A DNA stretch of 64,000 nucleotides from the NCBI RefSeq assembly GCF_006345805.1, contig NC_043010.1, forward strand, positions 33,108,001-33,172,000. The letters are read 5' to 3'. Below, one piece after another: positions 1-13,229 of the stretch; position 1 is the first letter of the stretch; every line of letters begins with the position of its first letter. Source of the stretch: Octopus sinensis. Its lineage: Eukaryota. The translations under genes were made by a program, and so were the position numbers. The notes below the pieces were generated by a model. It was given only the letters and a program-made list of their open reading frames with translations, had not been told where the DNA came from and did no database searches.

Positions 1-2428
1 AGGAAATATCTGTATTAGACTGAAAAGAGAAAGGGGAGCTTAAAAGTGAACAAAAATACAGGGCGCTGAAAAGGAAGTATAATATTGAAAGAAAGCGCCT
101 GAAAGTAGTAGTAGAGGAACTGAAACAGCGTCTCGCTGCAAAGAAAGCAAAGATGGTAAGATACGACCAAAGAATGAAGGATTACCACCAGAATAGGTTA
201 TTCAAAGTAGATCAGAAGAGATTCTATAAAGAAATAAAAGGAGAGTATACAGATGAAAAGTTGATATCAGATAATATTGAAAGTCAAAGGTTTTGGAGTG
301 ACATCTGGAGCAAGACAAGGAGCACAAGAAGGGTGTTGAATGGTTGGAAGAACTGAAACAAAGAGTAGTCTGTCCAAAACAGGCAGAACTAGTCATTTCA
401 GTTAGGGAATTGAAGGAAATAAGCAAAAAATGAGCAACTGGAAGGCCCTGGGACCAGATGGAGTTCAAGGCTACTGGATCAAAAGATTTGGTGAATGTCA
501 TGCACGAATAGCCGCACAACTCAACACCTTGTTAAATGCCGATCAAGGAACACTAGAGTGGTTGACATTGGGTAGGACAGTGCTGTGCCTAAAAACATCG
601 AAAAAGGCAATACTGTAGACAATTACAGGCCGATATCATGTTTGCCACTTATGTGGAAGTTATTGACTGGAATACTCACAGTTAATGGAAAAAAATGGAG
701 TCCTGCCACATGAGCTGAAGGGTTGCAAGCGTAAGTGCAGAGGTACCAAGGATCGACTCCTGATAGACAAAACTGTACTTTGAGACTGCAAGAGGAGGAA
801 AAGTAACTTAGCCATGTCATGGATCGACCATCGTAAGGCGTACGATATGATCCCACATTCTTTGATTATAGAGTGTATGAACTTATTTGGTATTGCATCG
901 AATGTTGAGCGATTGGTTGGAAAAAGTATGGTGAATTAAAGGACGGACCTGACAGCATACGGAAGTTTAGGGACAGTAGAAATTAGGAGGGGCATCTTCC
1001 AAGGGGACTGCCGGTCCCTACTGATCTTTGTACTGTGCTGTATACCACTAACACTGATTCTGAGGAAAGCAAAAGCAGGGTGTGTATTCAAAAGCCGCCA
1101 GCAAAAAGTAAACCATTTGTTATTCATGAAGGACCTCAAACTTTATGGTAAAGATGAAGCCCAAGTCAGTTCCCTCGTTGATATGGTGTATACCTTCAGT
1201 GCTGATATCAGAATGGAGTTCGGACTGAGAAAGTGTGATATGTTAGTCTTGAAGCGAGGCAAAATCAAATGTATGAACAGGCTAACGATAACATCGAGGG
1301 AGATTATGAAGCAGATAGAAGAGACGGGCTATAAGTACTTGGGGATTATGGAAATGGATAAATTGATGGAGAAAGAAGTGACAGAAAAATTTAAGGTGGA
1401 GAACTTGCGCAGACTGAGACTTACCCTTAAGTCGAAATTAAATGGACGGAAAAGATCGAAGCTATCAACACCTGGGCGGTTTGTTTCCTTAGATATGGAG
1501 CAGGGGTGATCGCATGGACAGTAGACGAACTAAACAGCTTAGACAGAAAGACAAGGGAGTTGCTAACTAGATATGGGTCACTCTACCCAAAACGTGACAC
1601 AGACAGACTGTATGTACCAAGAAAAAGAGGGAGAAGAGGACTTATTGGATGCATTAGAGCAGAAGAAAACAACATAGCATGGTATGTAAAAAATGCCATA
1701 GAACCGCTATTATTAGAAGAAGAAAAGTTAGGCTTGTGTAGAATGAAAGATTGCAAAGATAAAGCACTGTACAAGAAATTGAAAACGAATGAAACTGAAA
1801 ATAGATGGGTAAAGAAAAGAATGCATGGTCAATTTCATAAGGATGTTGAAGATAAGACAAACAGAGAAAAAGATGGCTGTGGATGTCTAAAAGTGGTTTA
1901 AAACCCGGAAACGGAGGCTCTAATCTGTGCTGCCCAAGAGCAAGCACTAAGAACAAACTACATAAAATACAGAATAGACAACACAGCAAAAAGTGATAAG
2001 TGCAGAATCTGTGGACAAAACGGTGAAACCGTATGACATATTCCAGCCAATATACGCCACTAGCCCAGAAGGAATATAAGAGACGCCACGGCAATACAGC
2101 CAGGCTTGTCCATTGGACACTCTGCAACAAGTATGGACTCGACAGAGCAGAAAATAGAAATGCAAAGATCCTATGGGATTTTATGATTCAGTGCGACCAT
2201 GAGATAGGGAATAGGAAACCGGACATAGTCTTAATTGAGAAAGAAAACAAACTATGTGGAACAAATAGGGGCTGCAATAAGGGTGGAGCACTTGCAGAAA
2301 ACAGCACTGCTTGGAACCGTCCGAATACTCCAGAAGGTGCTCGAAAAATAAGAGGTGTTACCTTAGTTCACTGGTAGTGAACAGTTGACACTGTAGTATA
2401 TCTCCAGCGTTAGAAGCTGTGCAAAGGA
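1..2428 (+). mobile_element. R4/Dong-clade non-LTR retrotransposon (RT, CCHC, restriction-like endonuclease), frameshifted, starts before the window
   Basis: Motifs across frames: [43 protein letters not shown] (decayed MDD), YKYLGI, CRICGQNGETV*HI, YKRRHGN, ILWDF..RKPDIV, LQKTALLGTVRILQKVL. Ends directly in (TAA)n, the known Dong target. Confidence 0.9.
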
Positions 2429-3084
<656 letters not shown>

Positions 3085-3157
<73 letters not shown>

Positions 3158-3195
3158 CAACAACAACAACAACAACAATAATAATAATAATAATA
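3085..3195 (+). repeat. (TAA)n/(CAA)n compound microsatellite
   Basis: Direct sequence. Confidence 0.97.
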
Positions 3196-3244
3196 GCATC
3201 GAAAATACCTTAGGAATGAGAACCCAGGTTCGAAATTTCCCCAA

Positions 3245-3290
3245 GACACCTGATGAAGACTGGAGGGTATGTCAGCCGAAATGTTGTGTT
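3245..3290 (+). ncRNA. Degenerate minimal hammerhead ribozyme motif (Penelope-type)
   Basis: gacac-CTGATGA-(agactg..cagcc)-GAAA-t-GTT-gtgtt. 5-bp stem I, one stem II mismatch, C15.2 changed to T. Confidence 0.6.
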
Positions 3291-3335
3291 AACAACAAAC
3301 AAGATGAAGACAGTTATCCGTCAAATGTAAATAAT

Positions 3336-3374
3336 TTTTTTTGTAGTTTCAGCTCAGAGCTACGGCCATGCTGG
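3336..3374 (-). mobile_element. 39-bp retroposed 3' tail with poly(A) and 10-bp TSD
   Basis: tgtaaataat at 3326-3335 and 3375-3384 flanks the reverse complement of ccagcatggccgtagctctgagctgaaactacaaaaaaa. Confidence 0.8.
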
Positions 3375-4229
3375 TGTAAATAATGTACATAATTCCTCAT
3401 CTCTTAAATATAGAACTGGTGGAGGGAGAAATGTTGAAAAACATTTAATATATGCGAGAGTGATAAAGATGCCCCCCAACCCCATCATTTCGAAGGTTGT
3501 GGTTTTTAAAATATTAAGAAAATCCCCGTAGATCCCCGAAAAATTTTTCCCACATCTTTCTCTATAATTGTAATCTATGCCGATGTATAAATTTTCGTTA
3601 AAAGATACCCATTTTCCTGAAAGTTATGAGGGAAAAAAGTCAGATCGTGTGAATTTTCCAAAACTCCTCTCTCGACCTCCTCGGAAAAATTCTTTCCCAT
3701 AAATCCCTGTATACTCTGAAGTCAAAAAATCTAAGCGGTATTTGTAGAAAACTTTGTTAGAAAGTATCTATTTTTCTGGATGTTATGAGGCAACAAAATC
3801 CGGGGCGTATACAAAGCCAAGGACGGTCTTTCTGCTAGTATATATACATATATATATATATTATATATATATATACACACACAACACCGCTTCACAACCA
3901 GTGTTGGTTTCTTTACGTCCTTGTAACGTAGCGGTTCGATAAAAAGACCGATAGAATAAGTACCAAACTTTAAAAAGTACTGGAATCGATTTGTTCGACA
4001 AAGCTCTTTAAAGCAGTACCCCAGCATGGTCACAGTCCAATGACTAGAACAAATAAAATATAAAAACGATAGTATATGTTTTAGAATAGAAATCTGCAAA
4101 ACAAAGCGGGTTTGAGAAACTTTTAAAGAAAGTTCATCTAGAAATAGAGAATTTGAAATTTTTTAATGCAGAAACGTTCTTTTATTTCAAAATATTTTTT
4201 TTTAATTTAAAAGAACATTACTTTATGTT

Positions 4230-4589
4230 TTATCGTTTACTAGTTTCAGTCATTTGACTGCAGCCATGCTGGAGCACTGCCTTGATGAGGCTTTTTAGTC
4301 AAACAAATCGACCCAGGGCTTATTTTTTTAAGCCTAATATTTATTCCCGCTGGCTCTTTGGCCAAACTGCTAAGCTACACGGACATAAACACAACAACAC
4401 TGATTGTCAAGCGATGGTGAAGGTACAAACACACACACACACACATATATATATACACACACACACAGATACAAACATGTGTGTGTATGTGTGTACGACA
4501 GCTTTCAGATTCCGTCTACCAAATCCACTCAAAGTTCCGGCACCGTGTGGCTGGGAAGCAAGCTTCTTATCACATAGCCACTCCTGCCT
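4230..4589 (-). mobile_element. tRNA-derived SINE with internal (CA)n, partly deleted
   Basis: Reverse complement head gtggctatgtgataagaagcttgcttcccagccac and tail ccagcatggctgcagtcaaatgactgaaac, matching 18640-19032. Confidence 0.8.
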
Positions 4590-5601
4590 TTCGTAAAATA
4601 TACATCTTTATCTGATGTTTCATGTTGCGGTGTTTAGAATTATTTATTTATTTACACATTCATTTTGTAAATGTTTTTCTCGTGCCTACAATTAATGGAT
4701 CACTAGTCATTATACTTATACCTCTACAGTTAATACACAGTTAATAAATTATACTGTATTTCTAAGGTGGTAGTCATTATGCTATATCGTTACACTTAAT
4801 GAAGTGTTAATTATAATTACAGCATCTCGAATTATAATTACATTGCATCTCTAATTATTATTTACTGCACACGCTTTATTTACCTAATAAATACTTTTAA
4901 AAAAACTTCCAAACAGTGGAAATTTCACAATAGCGGCATTTCAAATCTCCGGGGTTGCTGTAATAGATCTCTATTGTTATTGCTGACAACGTCGTTTATG
5001 CTTTTTAATATTTTTTGTCATTATTGTTGTTGGGACTCCTGTTGGTATTTTATTGGTGTTGTTGTTGTCGTTATTGCAGTTATAATCACATGTAATATAT
5101 ATGCATGAATGGTAACAGGTTAAATAAATGATTAACACAGCAATTAATTAAGACATAATGTTTTCAAACAAATCTTCTTTGTCAGATTTATAGGGGAGTA
5201 GGGTAAAGTCGATTACATCAGAAGTCTATGCATGGTCATTGTCTACTAGAAATAGCAACCAAATATTCTTCAATCCACATTCTACTCTCTTGAAAACGGG
5301 CACGGTAGATCATTTAGCCTGTGGGTCACAATGTTCGAAAACTGGTGGAATGACCATTCCTCAGATGCTTTTCACCTGCTGGATCAAGGACAACATGAAG
5401 CTAAATAGCAAGAAATACTTACTAATTTACCGATCCCAGAGAAGTTGGTTAAAGACAAATCCAAACTTAGTATGATTCAAACACAGCGATGAACAGTGGT
5501 AAAATAGACTCCAATAAAAGAGATTAAGATTTCCGCCATCTTGTTTAAAAAATCAGATACATAAAACATAGAAAATTTAAGACTGGTAGAGAATAACAAC
5601 A

Positions 5602-5605
<4 letters not shown>

Positions 5606-5661
<56 letters not shown>

Positions 5662-5780
5662 CTCTCTCTCCCTCTCTCTCTCTCTCTCCCCACCTGTCTA
5701 TTTATCACTCTATACATACATACATACATACATACATACATACATACATACATACATACATACATACATACATACATACA
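5606..5780. repeat. (CT)n plus (TACA)n compound microsatellite
   Basis: Direct sequence. Confidence 0.97.
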
Positions 5781-5849
5781 AACATGCAATGTAACTACAC
5801 ACGTGCTGTTGGTGATTTCTTTTCTTTCTTTCGACTTTTCTCCTTCTCC

Positions 5850-5883
5850 TTTCCGACGACGAGCTATGCTCAAAACGTCAAAC
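5850..5883 (+). ncRNA. Decayed hammerhead-like motif
   Basis: ttt-CCGACGA-c-gagc(tat)gctc-AAAAC-GTC-aaa. Two invariant core bases mutated (U4, G12). Confidence 0.45.
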
Positions 5884-5963
5884 TCTTTACACTGAGCGTC
5901 AGGCTAATACATTTTTTTGTGCACGTTCTTTTGTTGTCCGTTAATTTTATTCGTTTATTTGAA

Positions 5964-6020
<57 letters not shown>
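5964..6020. repeat. (TG)n microsatellite
   Basis: Direct sequence. Confidence 0.97.
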
Positions 6021-6299
6021 TTATTTATTTAAAGGTCACAATACATGTATAAAAGCGCTACCAATAGTTTCATATGTTGAGAAAACTCAGGTGCAAACCA
6101 CATATCATAATGAACTACAGAAATTGAATAATAGAAGAAACGCAAAAAAATTGAGGAGGCAGCATATAGAAAACGCAGACAGTAGACAACGGAAAACGGA
6201 AAACGAAAAACAGAAACGAAAATGTACAAAATAAAAAGTAAAAAGGTATCTATAGCCCTTGAAAGATAGGGCTGGAAAGATATCAAGTCAGTCGGGAAT

Positions 6300-7205
6300 A
6301 GGCAGAATTTTCCAATTCTTCAAACGATATTTATACATATGCATGCAACCACTGAAAATTTCTGACCTGGAGTCCAATAGACAGCTAGGAATTTAAGATC
6401 TAAACAGGATCTGCGCTCTTTCAACCATATATTCCATCCATTTACATAAGATATGGATTTCTCAGTTACTTTCCATTTAATCACGTAGTGTTTCGTTATC
6501 TTTCAAAGTCCATACGTAGCTAGCCAACTTAGTAATTTTTACTTTTGTCCCTATGTCGGAAGAAGTCTATGTGATTGGCATAGCGATTTTTAAATTCACC
6601 TTCACATAAATCAATTATAGGTCTTCTTATCAGTTGTATTATTATTTAGAGTTGCACTATGAGTTTTATGCATATTGTGTTAAGGTATATTTGATGCACT
6701 GAAGTTTTCTCTGTTCGAGCCTAATACTTCAGAAGTATCGTATCCGGTTCTAGATAGTTCCCTTGTACTATCTTCTATTAGAACGTTATTACTACTATCA
6801 AGGTCGTTATCATTTACCATCAATATTACTATTATTATCAATGCCATTATCACTTTGATAAATATCATTACTACTAAGAATAACATTACTGTTATTTCAA
6901 CCATTATTTCTATTATGGTTATTCCAAGAGTTGATCAAATTCATATCAACTAACTCCCTTAAATTCCGTACATTATGTGCTGCTATAATTTCAGCCAAGT
7001 TCTTTGTTGTTGAAAAGGCAAATATATTTGTATGCCGATGAAGCAGCTTATCATATTTGCTTACCCAGAGCAGCAAAAGTTCCCCAGGTATTTTGTAGTT
7101 ATTTGAGCAGTACAAGAGGCATTTTACCATATAATATTCCTCGGGCGCATCGTAGATTTTCTAATAATTTATCCATGCTATTGTTAAATTTTTCTTTCAA
7201 GATTT
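6300..7205 (-). mobile_element. Penelope-like element fragment (GIY-YIG endonuclease region), decayed
   Basis: Minus-strand pieces LCEGEFKNRYANHIDFFRHRDKS, KLASYVWTLKDN, IKWKV and FSTTKNLAEIIAAHN resemble the PLE linker and GIY-YIG region. Confidence 0.7.
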
Positions 7206-8370
7206 CACTTATTTTAGAACTGTTTTGTCCATGTATAATAGATCATGCGTTCCTCTAGCCTTCTTCCGGCAACCTTTCTGTTCTTCTGGCAGCAAATTCT
7301 GGTTGCCAAGGTACTCGTAAATGCTTTCTAAGAGTATTCCTGTTAACAGCTTCCACACTAATTGTGAGCAAGGGATTGGTCTATAATTACTAGCTATATT
7401 ACCCCTGCTTTTGTCTTTCATAAGGAATACTGTTCTCCCTCTAGTCATCCAATCTGGTATTACTCCTCCATTCAGGCAATTCTGAAGTTGCTCCCTCGGT
7501 TTCTAATGTAAACTACTAAATTTCTTTAACAAGTAACCTTGAACTACATCTGATCCAGGGCCCTTCCAATTCAGCATTCTTCTTAACTTTTTACTTATTA
7601 ATGTACTAGTTAGTTTTAGATCTGGTTGCTACTCACTAACTACTTCTTCCCTCGCTTTCTTTGACTATGCTGCATCTCTATTATGATTGATTGGCTTATC
7701 TCAAATATTGTTCCAAATCTTTCTGGCTTCTTTTGCTCTAGGTTTTTTCATCTTCAGCACTTACTTCTCCTATATTTATTTGGCTATAACATCTCCTCTG
7801 GGTTTGTCTCAAACAATCTGTTCTGCTGATATTGATCTATTCTTTTCTGATATCTGGACAGCTTACCTGCTATTGCTATGATACGCTGTTTCAAATCTTC
7901 CATGATTATCCCAAATCTTTTCTCTTTTGACTAAGTATTTTTTTCTCAAGAGAAAATTTTAATCTTGTGTTTCCTAACTTGTTCAGTTTCCAGGCTTCTA
8001 TTCTACTCAGATCTTTTCTTAAAATCTTCTCTTTATTTTCTTATCTTTTTTTGAGGAATACCTAATCTTTTAGTTACTACTACTCCTCCTGCATAAAACA
8101 ATGAGTTAGTATCACCTATATTTTTAGTATATATCCTACAGATAACAGAATCTACTTTCCTAGTCATATGTAGCAACTTCCTTCTATTGGCACATTTGAA
8201 TACTGGTAATATTTTTCTTTCTTCTTTACTCATTGCTTCTTGTAATCATCTAAAATCTTCTGATCCTCCTCACTTAAATCGCTTACGTCTTTGGTGCCAG
8301 TTATCCCTTCCTGGTCAGTAGTGTTGTTATTTTTCCTTTAGGTTCTTTTTTGGTTTGAACTGTATCTCTT
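7206..8370 (-). mobile_element. R4/Dong LINE fragment (N-terminal part and start of RT)
   Basis: TRGRTVFLMKDKSRGNIASNYRPIPC..WKLLTG..LLPEEQKGCRK..GTHDLL, homologous to 560-790 of the first element. Confidence 0.85.
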
Positions 8371-8373
8371 ATG

Positions 8374-8374
<1 letters not shown>

Positions 8375-8442
<68 letters not shown>
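8375..8442. repeat. (TTA)n microsatellite
   Basis: Direct sequence. Confidence 0.97.
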
Positions 8443-8962
8443 GGACGGATCTGGCTTTCAGCTGAATCCATAGTGAAGATTGCCCCGCCGACCTCCTTTA
8501 ACCGAGAGAGGCAGGCAATTTTTATATGTCTGGTGACTGTAGCAAGAGAGGCAATGTGGTGGACACGTTTGAAAGGGCTAGATAGACACTTTCCTCTTTG
8601 GCCAAGCCCTCATAAACTTTTTCAAGTTTCACTTGAAAAGGAAGTGAGGGTGGAGAGAGAAGTGTTGCCATCTAGCAAATTTGTTGAAAGGTGTGTGGAT
8701 GTCGAGAAAATGGCCAGTGTGAAAGGACCCATTTTGAGCATGCGCCGGTGAAAAATAAAAGGAGGGCTCTTGCCCTGTTGGTCAGGTACCCGTGGCTTTT
8801 GTGGGTTTTTCCACGAGTAGCCTTAAAGCGCTTCCCCCCTATTGGGAGTTTTATTTGTTTAACTTTGTTATTCTATTTACAGATCTTAAAACCCTTTGTA
8901 TCCGCCTGTTTTATCATTTCATGTTGTTTTTATGTAAGCCCTTGTGGCCAATAAGAAAATGA
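8443..8962 (+). mobile_element. Probable 5'-truncated Tx1/L1 3' end (ORF2 C-terminus and 3' UTR) inside a TTA tract
   Basis: GRIWLSAESIV..LVTVAREAMWWTR..EVRVERE, then a T-rich UTR ending gcccttgtggccaataag. A similar terminus occurs near 21268. Confidence 0.6.

Positions 8963-9016
<54 letters not shown>
8963..9016. repeat. (TTA)n microsatellite
   Basis: Direct sequence. Confidence 0.97.
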
Positions 9017-9265
9017 TATTCTTTTATCTCAGGTTTTGCTGCGAGCTTGCTGCCTGCAGCCAACGGTGCCATACTATCTGTTCTTTTAAGCTATCTAATG
9101 CTTTCTTGCTTATTCTGGCCTTGCCAAGGAGACAAACCTTTTGTAACAGTTCTACTGGGTACTCTATTCCAATTTCTCTTACATTCCTCTTAATGCCTTC
9201 TGATACTGTCCTCAAGGAACTAACAATAATGGGTACTATCTTCACTTTCTTCATTTTCCATCCGA
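9017..9265 (-). mobile_element. R4/Dong LINE 3' end
   Basis: WKMKKVKIVPIIVSSLRTVS..LLQKVCLLGKARISKKAL followed on the minus strand by (TAA)n. Confidence 0.8.
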
Positions 9266-9629
9266 AATCGGCCCTGATAACGTTTTTCTCTAAGGTGTAC
9301 ACGCCTATGTACGCCCTTCAAGTCACTTATTCCATTAATAACAATTTTCATACTATTATAGATTTTATTTCTGTTACCTTCATTATTTTTAATAGAACCT
9401 ATTCTTTTGTTGCTCTAATCAACAAATCTGCATTCTTCGAAGACGCCTATTTCTATAATCATTAGTCGTCAGTAACTTTGGTGACCTAAATAATATATTT
9501 TTGGAACTGCTTAGAATATATTCACCTTATCTTTCTTTATCAAGGTCGGTAAAAGCTTAACTACAATAGGAAGTTCTGCCATATAATATTTCAATACCAA
9601 CTCAATCAGCTTCATTTGGATCTTTTCAA

Positions 9630-9850
9630 TTTGACAGCCAGATTTTTTCATTAATTTTTTTTTAACTAAACACTCTGAAACTTCAGATACTGATAGAATG
9701 TGTCACATAGAACAGGGTTTACTCTTAACGTTTTTGACAAAATTTTGTATTTTAGAAGTTATTTCGTGTTAAAGTTGTCGTATTTGGGTAATTTTAACTA
9801 ATCAATGACGTGTATTCAGCTGAAGAAAATTACTGCTGTTGTTTGCCAAC
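9630..9850 (+). repeat. Non-coding interspersed repeat; second copy at ~59765-59975
   Basis: Shared taactaaacact..aaactt..atactg.tagaatgt..acata and aatcaatgacgt.tatt blocks in both copies. Confidence 0.7.
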
Positions 9851-9864
9851 ACTTCCGGGTCCAT

Positions 9865-9909
<45 letters not shown>

Positions 9910-10019
9910 TAATAATAGGCAGAAGTTAGAGTGGCAATGGCCAATTTCGTGTTTGATAAGTGCCAATGATATATATACATAGATATATATGTAAAAAAAA
10001 ATCTCATCACACAATCGAA

Positions 10020-10210
10020 CCAATGAAAGAGCCTCTACCTGGTCGCTCGAAACGCTAAAAATAGCAGCCAAAGTATTCGCCTACCTAAATCACACGCCCA
10101 TTGTACGTAATGTCCTAGATTATCCCTAAAAAGACAATTTGCTGAAGGCTGCAATGTCTTTGATGATAGGTTTGCTGCATCAAGACTGATTTGAGGCTAA
10201 ATAACAACAA
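10020..10210 (+). repeat. Old abundant interspersed repeat (gctagaaatagcagccaaat..gggctaaacaacaa family); other copies near 5240, 10870, 27340, 37090-37330, 38900 (+) and 20300, 21055, 30795, 32545, 61270 (-)
   Basis: Recurring diverged motifs seen at many positions. Class not determined. Confidence 0.65.
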
Positions 10211-11559
10211 AATTATGGTTAATTTCTATATTAACACCCGCGCGATTTTCACTAAGAAAAAAAACTTGGAATTTTTTGCGTGGAATCAAGTACCCTGACC
10301 TTCTAATATGCTGCAAATCCCTTATTTTGGTTCGGCAAAAAAAGTGGGGGACCGCTTGGAATTTTTTGCATTTTTTTTTCGTTGAATGAATTCCTGTGAC
10401 CGCCTAATATGCTACAAAACCCTTTTGGGGGTCCGAAAAATAGGGTGGGGTGAGGTGGAAGCCTCGGAAATTTCAAATATGTCTTCATGATGTTAGCGCA
10501 AAAGAACAAGTGAGTCAGCATGATCTATGCGCATAACTGCAACTGAGTGTGCGTGAGATGTAGAGAAAAAGCAAGTGTGTACGCAAAAGGGTAGCATTTT
10601 TGAACAGCTTATCACTCAGTCTGCTGATAACTCGATGATAACCTGAACTGATGTTACTGAAAATGCTTAACATTACGGTGTGCATCTACACATTTTAAGT
10701 TTGTTCTTCTGAGTACTTACAAACACAGAGGAATAGACTTTTCTCGGTCTTTTTCACATCAGCATTAAACATTTTCTGCAATATCTTGAAGTAGCATTCT
10801 TCTTTCATTGTATCCTGAAAGAGAAATGGACAGTTCAGCACCTACCAAATACATTAGTCTCACACGAGCCATCAAAGAACCGCTACGTGATCGCTTGATC
10901 TGCTCAAAATAGCGATCAAATTTCCCTCAAATCACATTTTAGCCTCTTAAGAAAAGAAGTACTGTAATCTTACGCACGCTATGCTGGTATAAAAAAAAAG
11001 GATGGTCATTGCTAAAATAACTTTGATCATATGTCTGCTCATCAGGACTGGATAACAACAACAGTTACAACAATAATAATAAAAACAGCAACTATTACCT
11101 TGCTACGCACTTATTGGTAAACGCAAAATGGTTGTCCTAATAAAGTGTAGAATTTCTTGGGGTTTTTTTGGGGGGGGGGGTTGCTTGTTACTCCAAAGAT
11201 AAAATTATCCCTCATTAGCCCCATGCTTCCCATTCACTTATGGTTTTCAAGAAACCAATTTGTAAAGTCTTTATAAATAAATTTATGAAGACTTCGGGGT
11301 CGATAAATTAAGTACCAGTTACTTACCCACATAAGTATAAGAACATTATGTGGGTAAGTTCATATACTGAGAGTAAAAGTGAAGTCTGACATTTCAAAGA
11401 ATGACATTTTGGTCCGAGAAATAGAAAAGATTTTGATCAGATAATTTGTAAGGATTTATTTATGTAAAACACAGTGATTCAACAGATAATTTGTTGGTAT
11501 TGTATAAAATAGAGTGAACACTTGATCGATGTTGGGGCAGAAATGTTTATACTTGATGG

Positions 11560-11780
11560 GAATCTCAATTCGGAAGCTATCGTCAGTAGATCATTAGTCA
11601 CATGTGACTGATGCGCCTTCTGTAATGATGGACACCCAGGTTTTGTCATGATAGCCACGCTTCCTGTTGTTTCAAATTTCCTCGGCAGTTGTGTAATGGT
11701 TTTCAAATCGAATGGATATTGTATAACTTCTCATTACCAAAGTAACAAAAGGTTCATTATAGGCGTATTAGGACATCATT
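11560..11780 (-). mobile_element. Tc1/mariner-type transposase N-terminal fossil
   Basis: KTITQLPRKFETTGSVA..KPGCP resembles the KFxxTGSV..GRP HTH linker. Confidence 0.45.
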
Positions 11781-13229
11781 AAAAATATATAGTCTTCTAA
11801 AGAGATAGTTGGCATGCCTAAAATAATAAGTTGAATTATGTCATGCAAACACGTAATATTTTTCTATGGTCATTAACAACCAATAAAGCAACACGTGTTA
11901 GTTTTCCGTTGGCTAGTTTCTATGTAACATTATGTTAGTATTTACTTAAATGTGTGTGTGTGTGTGTGCGTGGGGGTGTAGGTGTGTGTAGGTGTGTGAT
12001 AGAGGCAGAAAAACACATTTTATTCTCCTTCTCTTTCTCACACACACATACACACATTTAGAAAGACAGAGAAGGAGAAACTCCCTTATAAACACGCTAT
12101 CTGTTTTAATCTGTCCTTCATTTTCTCTTTTCCACACGCTCCCTCCATCTATCAATGCATTTTCATTCTTACTGCATTCTGCAGTTAATCTCTCTGTCTA
12201 TTTATTTATCTTTGTATGTCTTTCTATCTATCAGTCTTTCTGTCTGTCTTTGTGTTTATGTCTCTATCCGTCAGTTTATATAGATACCTGTCTGTTGGTC
12301 TTTAAATTTGTGTAATAAAATATGCAAAAGATGAATAATTAATCGTAAGATCAATGTATTTTGCAATGTAAAAGGAAAAAAATATGCATGTTGTGAGCAT
12401 TGGAAATCATCAAGATAGAGAAAAGTGGTAATAATAGTCATTTAGGTCTGTCTCTTACGGTATGATAGCACTAAACAAAAGAGATGGGTAGATGGGTAAA
12501 TGGGTAAGTGAATAGATGGTTTCTGGATAGGGGAAGATGAAGATGACTAGTGAAGAGAAAGGTCGAACATGCACAAGAAAGAAAAAGAAAGAAGGGTGAG
12601 AAACAAGAGAGTCAGCGTTTATGTAGGTCATTATGTGTTTAGTGGAGGACAACAGCATGCATTATGTATGTGTATAAAAAGGTTCTTTAGTTAGCATGCT
12701 TGTATAGCTGTGCATGTGACGTGGGACGAAGTTAGAAGTAAAGACAACTGATTGTTAATACCAGGGAAAGCTAAGATGCCGAGAGGAAATATCAGTTGTT
12801 GTTTACGAAGGAGCCTAATGAAATGAAAACCAAAAACCAAATTTTGTATTTTTCATTTTTTTATCTTCATTTTTATCTTTATTTTATAGATACTCTTACA
12901 CCTAGATCAATCTATCTGTTATGATGCCTTAGTATATCTAACTGTCTTTTTCACAAATTGTAAACTCCTGCTGACCTCTTGACTTTTCTGCCATTATCGG
13001 CATGAGCATTAAATTGCTAGATCCCTTTTCTCAACTGGATGCATTACTCAGCCCGTTTTCCGAACTATAGACTTACCTAGGATTATACGTAAAGAGGTAA
13101 ACCTTCACGGAAATATGGATAAACCTCCATACCTCCGGATCGGGATGAATTATGAGCCTTGAATTTCATACATTTCTCTACATCAAATTTTCTTTCTACA
13201 TCTCCACATAAAAAGCTTCCTGCATATAA

